Shown: positions 23,302 to 31,276 of the stretch, piece after piece | Layout: the number at the start of each line of letters is the position of its first letter | Position numbering within the stretch: the stretch's first letter is position 1 | Assembly (NCBI GenBank): GCA_021780535.1 | Contig: JAJXYN010000004.1 | Span: forward strand, 1 to 50,427 | Source: a bacterium | GTDB lineage: Bacteria > Patescibacteriota > Patescibacteriia > JAGPKW01 | Length of the DNA: 50,427 bases | Direction: 5' to 3' | Made by a program: the position numbers and the translations under genes | Notes under the pieces: model-generated | Told to the model about the DNA's origin: nothing | The model's database searches: none | Seen by the model: the letters and a program-made list of their open reading frames with translations, nothing else

Positions 23302-24396
23302 ATGTCTAATACTAAAACAAAAAATATAATAGTTGCTGGTGGGGCTGGTTTTATTGGCTCTAATTTGTGTGAAGAACTTGTAAAAAGAGGTAATAATGTG
23401 CTTTGTATAGATAATTTTTCAACTGGTAATCAAAAAAACATAGATCATCTTTTGCAATCTACGAATTTTGAACTTATAAACCATGATCTTACAGAACCTA
23501 TTAATTTGGAAGATTATAGAGAAGCTAAAAAATTTAAAGTTGAATTTTATGGTATTTCTGAAATTTATGATTTAGCTTGCCCAAATTCTTCAAAAGATTC
23601 AGTTAAACTTGCTTCTGATACTGCTTTTGCTAATTCTCATGCTACGAAAACATTGTTAGATATAGCTATAAAGTATAATTCTAAATTTTTATTTACTTCT
23701 TCATCTTCTGTTTATGGTGTTCCTAGTGATAGTAATTATCTTGTTGATGAAAAATATATAGGAAGAGTTGATAATTTGTCAGAAGCTGCTTGTTATGACG
23801 AGGGCAAGAGGTTTGCTGAGACTATTTGTGATATTTATAATAGAAATAAAAATTTAGATGTTAAGGTTGTGAGAGTTTTCCCTACTTATGGTCCTAGAAT
23901 GAGACTTGATAGTGGAGTTTTTATAGCAGACGCTATTATTAAAGCTGTTAATAATGAAGACATGACAGTTGATTATTCAAAAGAAGAACATGCTTCTTTT
24001 TGTTATGTGAAAGATTTAGTTGAAGGTATGATACTTATTATGGATAATGGTAAGTTTGGTCCTTATAATATTGGTAATCCAGAAGCTGTTAAAATATCAG
24101 AAGTTGTTGATATTATTAAAAAAATAGTTTCATCTGTTTCTCTCATTGATTATAAGGACAGTGGTAAAAAGAAAATTATCCCTAATATTGATTTGGTTAA
24201 AGAAAAATTTGGTTGGTTTCCTTTAACTCTTTTGGAGGAAGCGTTAAGAGACACTATTGATTATATGAAAGCTGCTAAAAATAGTTTTAATGCTAGCGAT
24301 ATGTTTAAAGAGGGTGAAGAAGATATTTTAAAAGTATCAAAAGATAATTTAAAGAAACAAAAAAATAGTATTTTTGGTATGATATTTAAAGAATAA
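23302..24396 (+). CDS. NAD-dependent sugar-nucleotide epimerase/dehydratase, UDP-glucuronate decarboxylase-like
   Basis: The Rossmann motif is GGAGFIGSNL and the catalytic motif is YDEGKRFAE (YxxxK). A roughly 40-aa Lys/Glu-rich C-terminal tail follows. Confidence 0.8.
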   Translation: MSNTKTKNIIVAGGAGFIGSNLCEELVKRGNNVLCIDNFSTGNQKNIDHLLQSTNFELINHDLTEPINLEDYREAKKFKVEFYGISEIYDLACPNSSKDSVKLASDTAFANSHATKTLLDIAIKYNSKFLFTSSSSVYGVPSDSNYLVDEKYIGRVDNLSEAACYDEGKRFAETICDIYNRNKNLDVKVVRVFPTYGPRMRLDSGVFIADAIIKAVNNEDMTVDYSKEEHASFCYVKDLVEGMILIMDNGKFGPYNIGNPEAVKISEVVDIIKKIVSSVSLIDYKDSGKKKIIPNIDLVKEKFGWFPLTLLEEALRDTIDYMKAAKNSFNASDMFKEGEEDILKVSKDNLKKQKNSIFGMIFKE

Positions 24397-24461
24397 AGAA
24401 GAAAAAATAGAAAAAATACAAAACAAAAAAATACAAAAGAGAAAAAACTAAAAAACTAAAA

Positions 24462-25007
24462 ATGTTTACATTGCTTGCTACCAATTTAGTTACTAGTGCT
24501 TCACAAGCATTAAATAAAGTTAATTTTTCTAATCCAACTTGGGATATTTTTTTAGTGTTGTTTTTTATTACTTTCGCTTTTTTGTATGGAATTTTTTTAG
24601 GAAGAGATAAAATAGTTAGTTTAATTATTGTAATTTTTTTTTCTTATATATTAACTATTAATTTGAATTTTTTATCTAAAATATTAAAAAATTTAACAGC
24701 ATCTCAATTTTCTATTTTAAGTTTGGTATTGTTTATATTATTTTTATTTGTGTTATTTTTTTTAATTGTTAAAAAATCTATTCTTTCTTCAATATCCAAC
24801 CATGCACCTGCTTGGTGGCATGTATTGCTTTATAGTATTATTCACACAGGACTTTTAATATCACTTTCTTTAAGTTTGTTGAGTGGTGAACTACTCAGTG
24901 TTTTTGGTAAAAATATAAAAATTGTATTTATATATCCTCAATCTGTGTTCGTGTGGGTTTTGTTATCTGTTTTATCGTTGGTTTTTTTGAAAAATTCAGA
25001 AGAGTAA
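24462..25007 (+). CDS. Integral membrane protein, function unknown
   Basis: The ORF has 4-5 hydrophobic helices. It is preceded by a ~65-nt almost pure A/purine leader (24397-24461). Confidence 0.55.
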   Translation: MFTLLATNLVTSASQALNKVNFSNPTWDIFLVLFFITFAFLYGIFLGRDKIVSLIIVIFFSYILTINLNFLSKILKNLTASQFSILSLVLFILFLFVLFFLIVKKSILSSISNHAPAWWHVLLYSIIHTGLLISLSLSLLSGELLSVFGKNIKIVFIYPQSVFVWVLLSVLSLVFLKNSEE

Positions 25008-25131
25008 TTTTTATTAAATATGCTTACAACATAATACTATTGACTATTTATAAAAAAAGTGTTACTTTAGTAGAAACAAATTTTCCGCTTGTTATATCTT
25101 AGTTGTGAATATTGGGAAATTTATTTAATAT

Positions 25132-26274
25132 ATGAAGAAAAATACTACAGTACAACTTGATAACCATGATTTAGACGAGAAAGGTGGTCCGTCAATGTCT
25201 TCTTTGATTGAAGATATATTTTCATATTTGTCTGAACAAGAAGTGGATATTACAAAAAAAAGATTTGGAATCTTTGAAAGAAAACACACTCTTGAAGAAA
25301 TTGGTAAGACTTATGGTGTTACTAGAGAAAGAATAAGACAGATAGAAGGGTCTATTGTTAAAAAAATTGTTAGTCTTAATCAAAAAAATGAAAAACTTAA
25401 AGAATTAAAAACCTCTATTATTCAATTTGTTAAAGAATATGGTGGAATTGTTGAAGAATATTTTTTGATTGAAAATTTTTTTAAAGAATTAAATGAAAAT
25501 GAAAGAAGTTTTGTTGAATTCTTATTGTCAAAAATTTTAATTGAAGATTTGGTTCAAGAAAAAACAGATGGTGGAAATAAAGTTTTTTATAGATTAAATG
25601 GTTTTGCTTCTAATTCATTAGAAAAAATAATTAAAGAAGTCGTTGATATACTTGAAGAAGTGAAGGAACCTTTAAATATTGACGATATATTAGAAAGATT
25701 AAGCATAAAGAAAACTATTGAAAATATTGATGATAAATTGTTAGAAATTTATAATAGTTTAGATGTTGATAATAGTATTCTTTTTAAGAAAACTGTTGAA
25801 TCTTATTTACATGTTTCTAGTGTGGTTAAAAAAAATGTTTTTGGTTTGTGGGGTACTAAGTCTTGGAAGACTGTGTCTCCAAAGAGAATGAGTGATAAAA
25901 TTTATTTAGTTTTGAATAAAGCTGGAAAACCTTTACATTTTAAGGATATTACAAAAATGATTAATGAAAGTGGTTTTGATAAAAAAGCAGCAAGAGATGT
26001 TACTGTTCATAACGAGCTTATTATAGATGATAGATATGTTCTTGTTGGAAGAGGTATATATGCTTTAAAATCTTGGGGATATAGAAGTGGTGCTGTCGCT
26101 GATATTATTGAAGAGATTATTAGAGAAAAAGGAATTGCTATGACAAAATCTGAAATATTAGAGGAAGTTAGCAAACAAAGAATGGTAAAAGATTCTACGG
26201 TTTATCTTTCACTTACAAATGATAAAAGGTTTAATAAGATATCTGCTGGTAAGTATGATTTAGCAAAGAAATAA
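25132..26274 (+). CDS. DNA-binding protein with an N-terminal sigma-70 region-4 HTH and a C-terminal HARE-HTH domain. It has no sigma region 2.
   Basis: KKRFGIFERKHTLEEIGKTYGVTRERIRQIEGSIVKKI is sigma region 4. MSDKIYLVLNKAGKPLHFKDITKMINE...RYVLVGRGIYALKSWGY is HARE-HTH/RpoE-N-like. Confidence 0.65.
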   Translation: MKKNTTVQLDNHDLDEKGGPSMSSLIEDIFSYLSEQEVDITKKRFGIFERKHTLEEIGKTYGVTRERIRQIEGSIVKKIVSLNQKNEKLKELKTSIIQFVKEYGGIVEEYFLIENFFKELNENERSFVEFLLSKILIEDLVQEKTDGGNKVFYRLNGFASNSLEKIIKEVVDILEEVKEPLNIDDILERLSIKKTIENIDDKLLEIYNSLDVDNSILFKKTVESYLHVSSVVKKNVFGLWGTKSWKTVSPKRMSDKIYLVLNKAGKPLHFKDITKMINESGFDKKAARDVTVHNELIIDDRYVLVGRGIYALKSWGYRSGAVADIIEEIIREKGIAMTKSEILEEVSKQRMVKDSTVYLSLTNDKRFNKISAGKYDLAKK

Positions 26275-26326
26275 AAATTCGGGTTATCCCGTTTTTTTAT
26301 TTATATGGAAATGATATAATGAATGT

Positions 26327-26374
26327 GTAGAAATATGTAAAAGCTTTTCTATATTTTAATGTTTTAATATTGTT
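26327..26374 (+). promoter_or_regulatory. AT-rich palindromic upstream element (family E, copy E2)
   Basis: AGAAATATGTAAAAGC / GCTTTTCTATATTT is an imperfect palindrome. It is followed by TAATGTTTTAATATTGTT directly abutting the ATG. Confidence 0.5.
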
Positions 26375-27760
26375 ATGTTCCCAATTGAATATTTGTCACA
26401 AATCTTACAAAGTTTTAATTGGTCTGCTGTGGTGGATTATCTAAATAAGCCTTTTTACGTGCTTTTTTGGGTATTTTTTGTTAATGGTGGTTTTATATTG
26501 TTTATTTTAGTCCTGTTGTGGTGTGTTTATAAAATTTACATGGATACAGCAATGGGTATTTTTATATCCAAAACAAAAAAAGTTTGTATTTCTATTGATA
26601 TACCAAAGAATAATATGCAAACGCCAAAAAGTATTGAATCTCTTTTTATACAGCTTTTAGGTACTTATGTTAAACCTAACCTTAAAGAAAAATATTTTGC
26701 AGGTAAGGTTCCGGTTGAAACTACTGCTTTTGAGATAGTTAGCTTGGATGGCTATATTCAATTTATAATTCATTTAACTGCTTCTTTGAGAGATGTTGTT
26801 GAGAGTGCTATTTTTGCTCAATATCCTGATGCTGAAATTATGGAAGTTCCTGATTATGTTCAAAATTTCCCAGATCATTTCCCATCTGATGATTGGGATA
26901 TGTGGGGAACTGAGTTAACTTTAAAAAGTAAAATAAAAGATAAGGATTATCTTCCTATAAAAACTTATGATGATTTTATAGATGAAGATGCTGAAGAATT
27001 TAGATATAAAGATCCACTTGCCGGAGTTCTTGAGATTATGAGTAAATTAAAAGAGGGAGAGAATCTTTGTTTGCAGATTAGTGTAAGAGGAAGACATTCT
27101 GATGCAACATCTGCATGGGAGGCTGATGTTAGAAAGGAAATGGATAAAATAATGGGGATAAAAGAAGCCCCAGCAACAGCAAAGACGAGTCCTGTTTATG
27201 CTGTATTTTCTCCATTCATTACTATATTTAAAGATATTTTTAGTCAATTATTAACCACAGAAATATCTGCTGACGCTGAAGTAAAAAAAGAAGAAAAAGT
27301 AGAGCTTACAAACTGGGCTAGTAAGTTAAAACCAGATCAAAAAATTACTATGGAACTTTTAGAAAAAAAACTTTCTAAAAAGACTCTTGAAACGAAAATT
27401 AGAATTATGTATATAGCAAAAAAGCAAGTAATGAATAGGGCTAAGGGAGTTTCTGGTATTATGGGAACAATAACCCAATTTAATAATCCTAATGGATCTT
27501 CTCTTGCTCCTGTTGGTGATGTTGGTACTGCTGGAGCTAAGTATTTTAGAGTTGCGCAAAGAACAGCTAAAAAACAAAATTTATTTATTAAAGCATATAA
27601 GGCTAGAAGTATGTTTAGGGGTGGTGGTACTTTTGCTATGAATATTGAAGAGCTTGCTTCTATGTTTCATTTTCCAAATATATCTGTTAAGGCACCTATG
27701 ATTAACAAGGTTGAAAGTAAGAAAGTTGAACCACCGATGGATCTTCCAACTTTAGAATAA
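26375..27760 (+). CDS. Membrane-anchored conserved hypothetical protein
   Basis: N-terminal TM helices are followed by a soluble domain (FEIVSLDGYIQFIIHLTASLRDVVESAIFAQYPDAEIMEVPDY...). From memory, similar proteins sit near T4SS-like ATPases in CPR genomes. No ATPase motif is present here. Confidence 0.6.
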   Translation: MFPIEYLSQILQSFNWSAVVDYLNKPFYVLFWVFFVNGGFILFILVLLWCVYKIYMDTAMGIFISKTKKVCISIDIPKNNMQTPKSIESLFIQLLGTYVKPNLKEKYFAGKVPVETTAFEIVSLDGYIQFIIHLTASLRDVVESAIFAQYPDAEIMEVPDYVQNFPDHFPSDDWDMWGTELTLKSKIKDKDYLPIKTYDDFIDEDAEEFRYKDPLAGVLEIMSKLKEGENLCLQISVRGRHSDATSAWEADVRKEMDKIMGIKEAPATAKTSPVYAVFSPFITIFKDIFSQLLTTEISADAEVKKEEKVELTNWASKLKPDQKITMELLEKKLSKKTLETKIRIMYIAKKQVMNRAKGVSGIMGTITQFNNPNGSSLAPVGDVGTAGAKYFRVAQRTAKKQNLFIKAYKARSMFRGGGTFAMNIEELASMFHFPNISVKAPMINKVESKKVEPPMDLPTLE

Positions 27761-27895
27761 TAATTAATACATGATCCAAATAAGATAATAATATTCGCTA
27801 TTGCTCATTTATTATCTAATGGATCTTCCAACTTTAGAATAATAATATTCGCTATTGCTCATTTATTATCTAATGGATCTTCCAACGCTAGAATA
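27737..27895 (+). repeat. Three direct copies of ATGGATCTTCCAAC(TT/GC)TAGAATA. The first copy is the 3' end of the CDS. Two embedded hairpins share a conserved 17-nt loop.
   Basis: Copies start at 27737, 27819 and 27873, giving spacings of 82 and 54 nt. The first hairpin is GATAATAA-TATTCGCTATTGCTCAT-TTATTATC at 27784-27816. The second lies at about 27837-27870. Confidence 0.8.
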
Positions 27896-27943
27896 GTATT
27901 TACAAATTTCATGAAATAATATATAATGGTTTCATTGAAATTT

Positions 27944-28017
27944 TGCCAGCGTAGCTCAGTTGGTAGAGCTGCAGTTTTGTAAACTGTCGGTCGGGGGTTC
28001 GAGTCCCTTCGCTGGCT
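27944..28017 (+). tRNA. tRNA-Thr (anticodon UGU), CCA not encoded
   Basis: The acceptor stem is GCCAGCG/CGCTGGC and the D arm is GCTC-AGTTGGTA-GAGC. The anticodon stem is GCAGT/ACTGT with loop TT-TGT-AA. The T arm is GGGGG-TTCGAGT-CCCTT. Confidence 0.85.
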
Positions 28018-28053
28018 CCGTCCTTCGCCTTTCAGGCTTCGGCCGGCAAGGCC
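28017..28053 (+). repeat. GC-rich ~35-nt hairpin element (family G, copy 1), directly abutting the tRNA 3' end
   Basis: TCCGTCCTTCGCCTTTCAGGCTTCGGCCGGCAAGGCC shares the blocks CCTTCGCC, GCTTCGGC and CAAGG with 34872-34904. It contains a GGC-TTCG-GCC tetraloop hairpin. Confidence 0.65.
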
Positions 28054-28110
28054 ATCTTAAAGAAGTTTGTAGATGGTAAGCCTATTAGTAAGAAAATTAA
28101 TTAAAAGAAT

Positions 28111-28266
28111 ATGTCACAAGATAATTTAATAGTTTTGGCTTGTACTGATTGTAAGTCTGTTAACTATCATTCAAATAAAAACAAAAAAATTCTAAAAAAT
28201 AGACTAGAAATGCAAAAATATTGTAAAGCTTGTAGAAAACATACTTTACATAAAGAAAGTAAATAA
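28111..28266 (+). CDS. rpmG: 50S ribosomal protein L33 (51 aa), absent from the ORF track
   Basis: Manual translation gives [51 protein letters not shown]. It has the CxxC...CxxC zinc-ribbon form of L33, and a terminator follows. Confidence 0.8.
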   Translation: MSQDNLIVLACTDCKSVNYHSNKNKKILKNRLEMQKYCKACRKHTLHKESK

Positions 28267-28267
28267 C

Positions 28268-28296
28268 AAAAGTCCTAGAAATAGGATTTTTATTAT
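28268..28296 (+). terminator. Rho-independent terminator after rpmG
   Basis: AAAGTCCTA-GAAA-TAGGATTTT hairpin with a T-rich tail. Confidence 0.65.
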
Positions 28297-28345
28297 TGTG
28301 ATTGATTTTGGTAAGGAAATGTAATAAAATTAAATCTATGTAAGC

Positions 28346-28444
28346 TAAAATATAGAAATATTAAAATATAAAAAAGATAAACACTTTAATGTTTTAATAT
28401 TTGAACTTTTCTATGTTTTAATATTTAATATTTTAATATTTGTT
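28346..28444 (+). promoter_or_regulatory. AT-rich palindromic upstream element (family E, copy E3)
   Basis: It contains the exact 12-mer ATATAGAAATAT (28350-28361) and the right-arm motif TTTTCTATGTTTTAATATTTAATATTTTAATATT, which runs up to the glyQS ATG. Confidence 0.55.
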
Positions 28445-29854
28445 ATGTCTGAAAATTCAATGGATTATATTATCTCTTATTGCAAAAGACGTGGTTTTGT
28501 TTTCCCTTCATCTGAAATTTATGGTGGTATGGCAGCTATTTATGATTATGGTCATTATGGTATTTTATTAAAAGAAAATATTAAAAATGCTTGGATGAAA
28601 CATATGATTCAGTATAGAGATGATGTTTTAGCTCTTGATAGTGCTATTTTTATGCACCCTAAGACATGGGTTGCTTCTGGACATGTTGGCGGTTTTAATG
28701 ATCCTCAAGTTGATTGTAAAACTTGTAAAGCTAGGATGAGAGCGGATCATTTACTTGAAAAATTTGGTATTAATGCTGATAAACAAACTATTGAATTTAT
28801 TAATGAAGAATTAAATAAAATTAAAGCAACAGGAAAACTTGTTTGTCAAAATTGTGGAGGTAAGGACTTAACTGAAGCTAGAGTGTTTTCTCTTATGGTT
28901 AAATCTAATATTGGTTCTCCGACTGATGCTTTAACTGAAGAAAACGTGGTATATTTGAGACCGGAAACTTGTGGTGGTATTTATTTAGAATATAAAAATA
29001 CCGTTGATAGTATTCATCCAAAAATGCCTTTTGGTATTGCTCAGGTTGGTAAAGCTTTTAGAAATGAAATAGTTGCTAGACAATTTATTTTTAGAACTAG
29101 AGAATTTGAACAAATGGAAATGCAATATTTCCACCATCCAAAAGATACTAAAGAATTATTTGAAAATTGGAAACAAACAAGATGGAATTGGTATTTGCAA
29201 TATGGAATTTTAGAAAATAATATTAGATGGTATAAACATGAAAAGCTAGCTCATTATGCTAGTGATGCTTACGATATAGAATATAATTATAAATCTTTGG
29301 GTGGTTTTAAAGAAGTGGAAGGTGTTCATGCAAGAGGTAATTGGGATTTGTCACAACATTCTAAATTTTCTGGAGAAAACCTTGATTATTTTGATCAAAC
29401 TACTGGAGAAAGATATATACCTCATATAATGGAAACATCAGTTGGTCTTGGTAGATTGTTTCTAATGTTTTTGGATAATGCTTTAGTTGAGGAAAAAATT
29501 GTTTCCGAAGAAGGTAAGGAAGATGTTAGAACCGTTCTTAAAATTCATAAAGATTTAGCTCCTATTAAAATTGCTATTTTTCCATTATTGAAAAATAAAG
29601 AAGAATTGCAAAGTGGCGCTAGAAAAATTTATAATATTTTGAAAAGAAATTGGATGTGTGAATTTGATGATAATGGTAATGTAGGAAAGAGATATAGAAG
29701 ACAAGATGAGATCGGGACTCCTTACTGTATTACTTTTGATTTTGACTCACTTGAGGATGGTACTGTGACTGTTAGAGATAGAGACACTATGAAGCAAGAG
29801 AGAATTAAAATTGACGAACTTGCAAAATATTTTGCGGAAAAATTTGAATATTAA
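28445..29854 (+). CDS. glyQS: Glycine--tRNA ligase, class II alpha2 (GlyQS) type
   Basis: Motifs seen are RRGFVFPSSEIYGG, LRPETCGGI, FRNEI..R.FIFRTREFEQMEMQYF and the C-terminal anticodon-binding region GKRYRRQDEIGTPYCITFD. Confidence 0.95.
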   Translation: MSENSMDYIISYCKRRGFVFPSSEIYGGMAAIYDYGHYGILLKENIKNAWMKHMIQYRDDVLALDSAIFMHPKTWVASGHVGGFNDPQVDCKTCKARMRADHLLEKFGINADKQTIEFINEELNKIKATGKLVCQNCGGKDLTEARVFSLMVKSNIGSPTDALTEENVVYLRPETCGGIYLEYKNTVDSIHPKMPFGIAQVGKAFRNEIVARQFIFRTREFEQMEMQYFHHPKDTKELFENWKQTRWNWYLQYGILENNIRWYKHEKLAHYASDAYDIEYNYKSLGGFKEVEGVHARGNWDLSQHSKFSGENLDYFDQTTGERYIPHIMETSVGLGRLFLMFLDNALVEEKIVSEEGKEDVRTVLKIHKDLAPIKIAIFPLLKNKEELQSGARKIYNILKRNWMCEFDDNGNVGKRYRRQDEIGTPYCITFDFDSLEDGTVTVRDRDTMKQERIKIDELAKYFAEKFEY

Positions 29855-29905
29855 AAAATAGGTTGTAAAAGACTTATTTTGTATTGAATAAATTAATTAT
29901 ATTTT

Positions 29906-31201
29906 ATGTCTAATGACTACAAAATCCAGAAACTTGAAAATGGATTAAATCTTATTACTGTCAAAGTTGATAATGTTAACACTGTTAATACTATTGTTTA
30001 TTTTCCCGTTGGTTCTAGATATGAATCTAGTGCTGATAATGGTATATCTCATTTTATTGAGCACATGATGTTTAAAGGGACTATTAATCGCCCAAATACA
30101 CTTGTTTTGAGTACGGAACTTGATAGTATGGGAGCTATCTATAATGCTTATACCTCTAAAGATATGACAGCTTATTATATTAAGAGTAGCAAGGGGGATG
30201 TTAAAAAAAATATAGAAATTCTTGGTGATATGATCTGTAATTCTAAATTTGATATTGATGAAATTAATAAAGAAAGAGGTGTCATCATACAAGAAATGAA
30301 AAAATATGAAGATCTTCCAGAATATTATGTTGAAGATATTTTTGAACAATTAGTTTTTGGTGAAAAAGATAAGCTTGGCCAATTAATTATTGGGAATGAA
30401 AATAATTTAAAATCTTTTACAAGAGATCAATTTATTAATTATAAAAACACTCATTATTTTGGATCTAATGCTTTTGTTTGTATTGTTGGAAATTTTGATG
30501 ATAATGAGGTAACTGAATTGGTAAAAAATAATTTTAAATTTCAAATAAATGGTGAGAGAGATGGAGAAGTTGAAAAATTGAGAACGAATGAGAAAAGGAT
30601 TTTAGAACAATTTGAACCTAAATTGAAGATGTTATACAAGGATATTGAACAAGCTCATTTAAAGCTTGGTTTCCCAGCTTTTTCATATTTTGATAAAGAA
30701 ACTTTTGCCTTGTCTTTATTTTCTGCTGTTTTTGGTGAATGTATGAGTTCTAGACTTTTTATAAACATTAGAGAAAAAGAAGGGCTTTGTTATAATATTT
30801 ATTCTTCTATGGATAGATACCAAGATTGTGGATTATTTTCTATAAATTCTGGACTTGATAAAACAAGAATTTATGAGGCTATTGATTTAATTAAGAAAGA
30901 ATTAAATGAGGTGTTGAAAAACGGTATTACTCTAGATGAATTAAATAAAGCAAAGTCTATAATTCTTGGCAGAATGGATGTGGCGCTAGAGGATACTTCT
31001 AATGTTGCTGAATTTTATGGCAGACAATATTTATTACAAAATAAAATTATAACCCCAGATGAAAAAAAAGATATTATAAAAAAAGTTACATTAGATGAAA
31101 TTAATGATATAATAAAGAAAGTGATTGATTTTAATAAAATCAATATGGCTATAATTGGACCATATAAAGATAGTGCTAAGTTTGAGGAATTATTAAAATA
31201 A
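29906..31201 (+). CDS. M16 (pitrilysin/insulinase) family zinc peptidase
   Basis: The inverted zinc motif HFIEH is present in GISHFIEHMMFKGT, with a downstream Glu in the ERGVIIQEM region. The size is typical for the family. Confidence 0.85.
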   Translation: MSNDYKIQKLENGLNLITVKVDNVNTVNTIVYFPVGSRYESSADNGISHFIEHMMFKGTINRPNTLVLSTELDSMGAIYNAYTSKDMTAYYIKSSKGDVKKNIEILGDMICNSKFDIDEINKERGVIIQEMKKYEDLPEYYVEDIFEQLVFGEKDKLGQLIIGNENNLKSFTRDQFINYKNTHYFGSNAFVCIVGNFDDNEVTELVKNNFKFQINGERDGEVEKLRTNEKRILEQFEPKLKMLYKDIEQAHLKLGFPAFSYFDKETFALSLFSAVFGECMSSRLFINIREKEGLCYNIYSSMDRYQDCGLFSINSGLDKTRIYEAIDLIKKELNEVLKNGITLDELNKAKSIILGRMDVALEDTSNVAEFYGRQYLLQNKIITPDEKKDIIKKVTLDEINDIIKKVIDFNKINMAIIGPYKDSAKFEELLK

Positions 31202-31208
31202 ATTAATT

Positions 31209-31276
31209 GAAATATAGAAATATTGAAAAATTAAAAAGTTTTTATATTTTCATGTTTAAATGTTTAAATATTTTAT
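31209..31276 (+). promoter_or_regulatory. AT-rich palindromic upstream element (family E, copy E4)
   Basis: The exact 12-mer ATATAGAAATAT is at 31212-31223, the centre is AAAAAGTTTTT, and the right motif TTTTCATGTTT is at 31247-31257. The element ends at the ATG. Confidence 0.55.

Noticed and set aside
27737-27895. The direct repeats near the tRNA could be a CRISPR array.
   Set aside because: There are only three copies with unequal 54 and 82-nt spacing. The intervening sequence is itself repeated, so there are no unique spacers. The first repeat is part of a CDS, and no cas genes are in the window.
28054-28110. A short coding fragment (…KAILKKFVDGKPISKKIN*) lies between tRNA-Thr and rpmG and might be a tuf remnant.
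   Set aside because: It has no start codon and no resemblance to the EF-Tu C-terminus that I can see. It is too short to evaluate.
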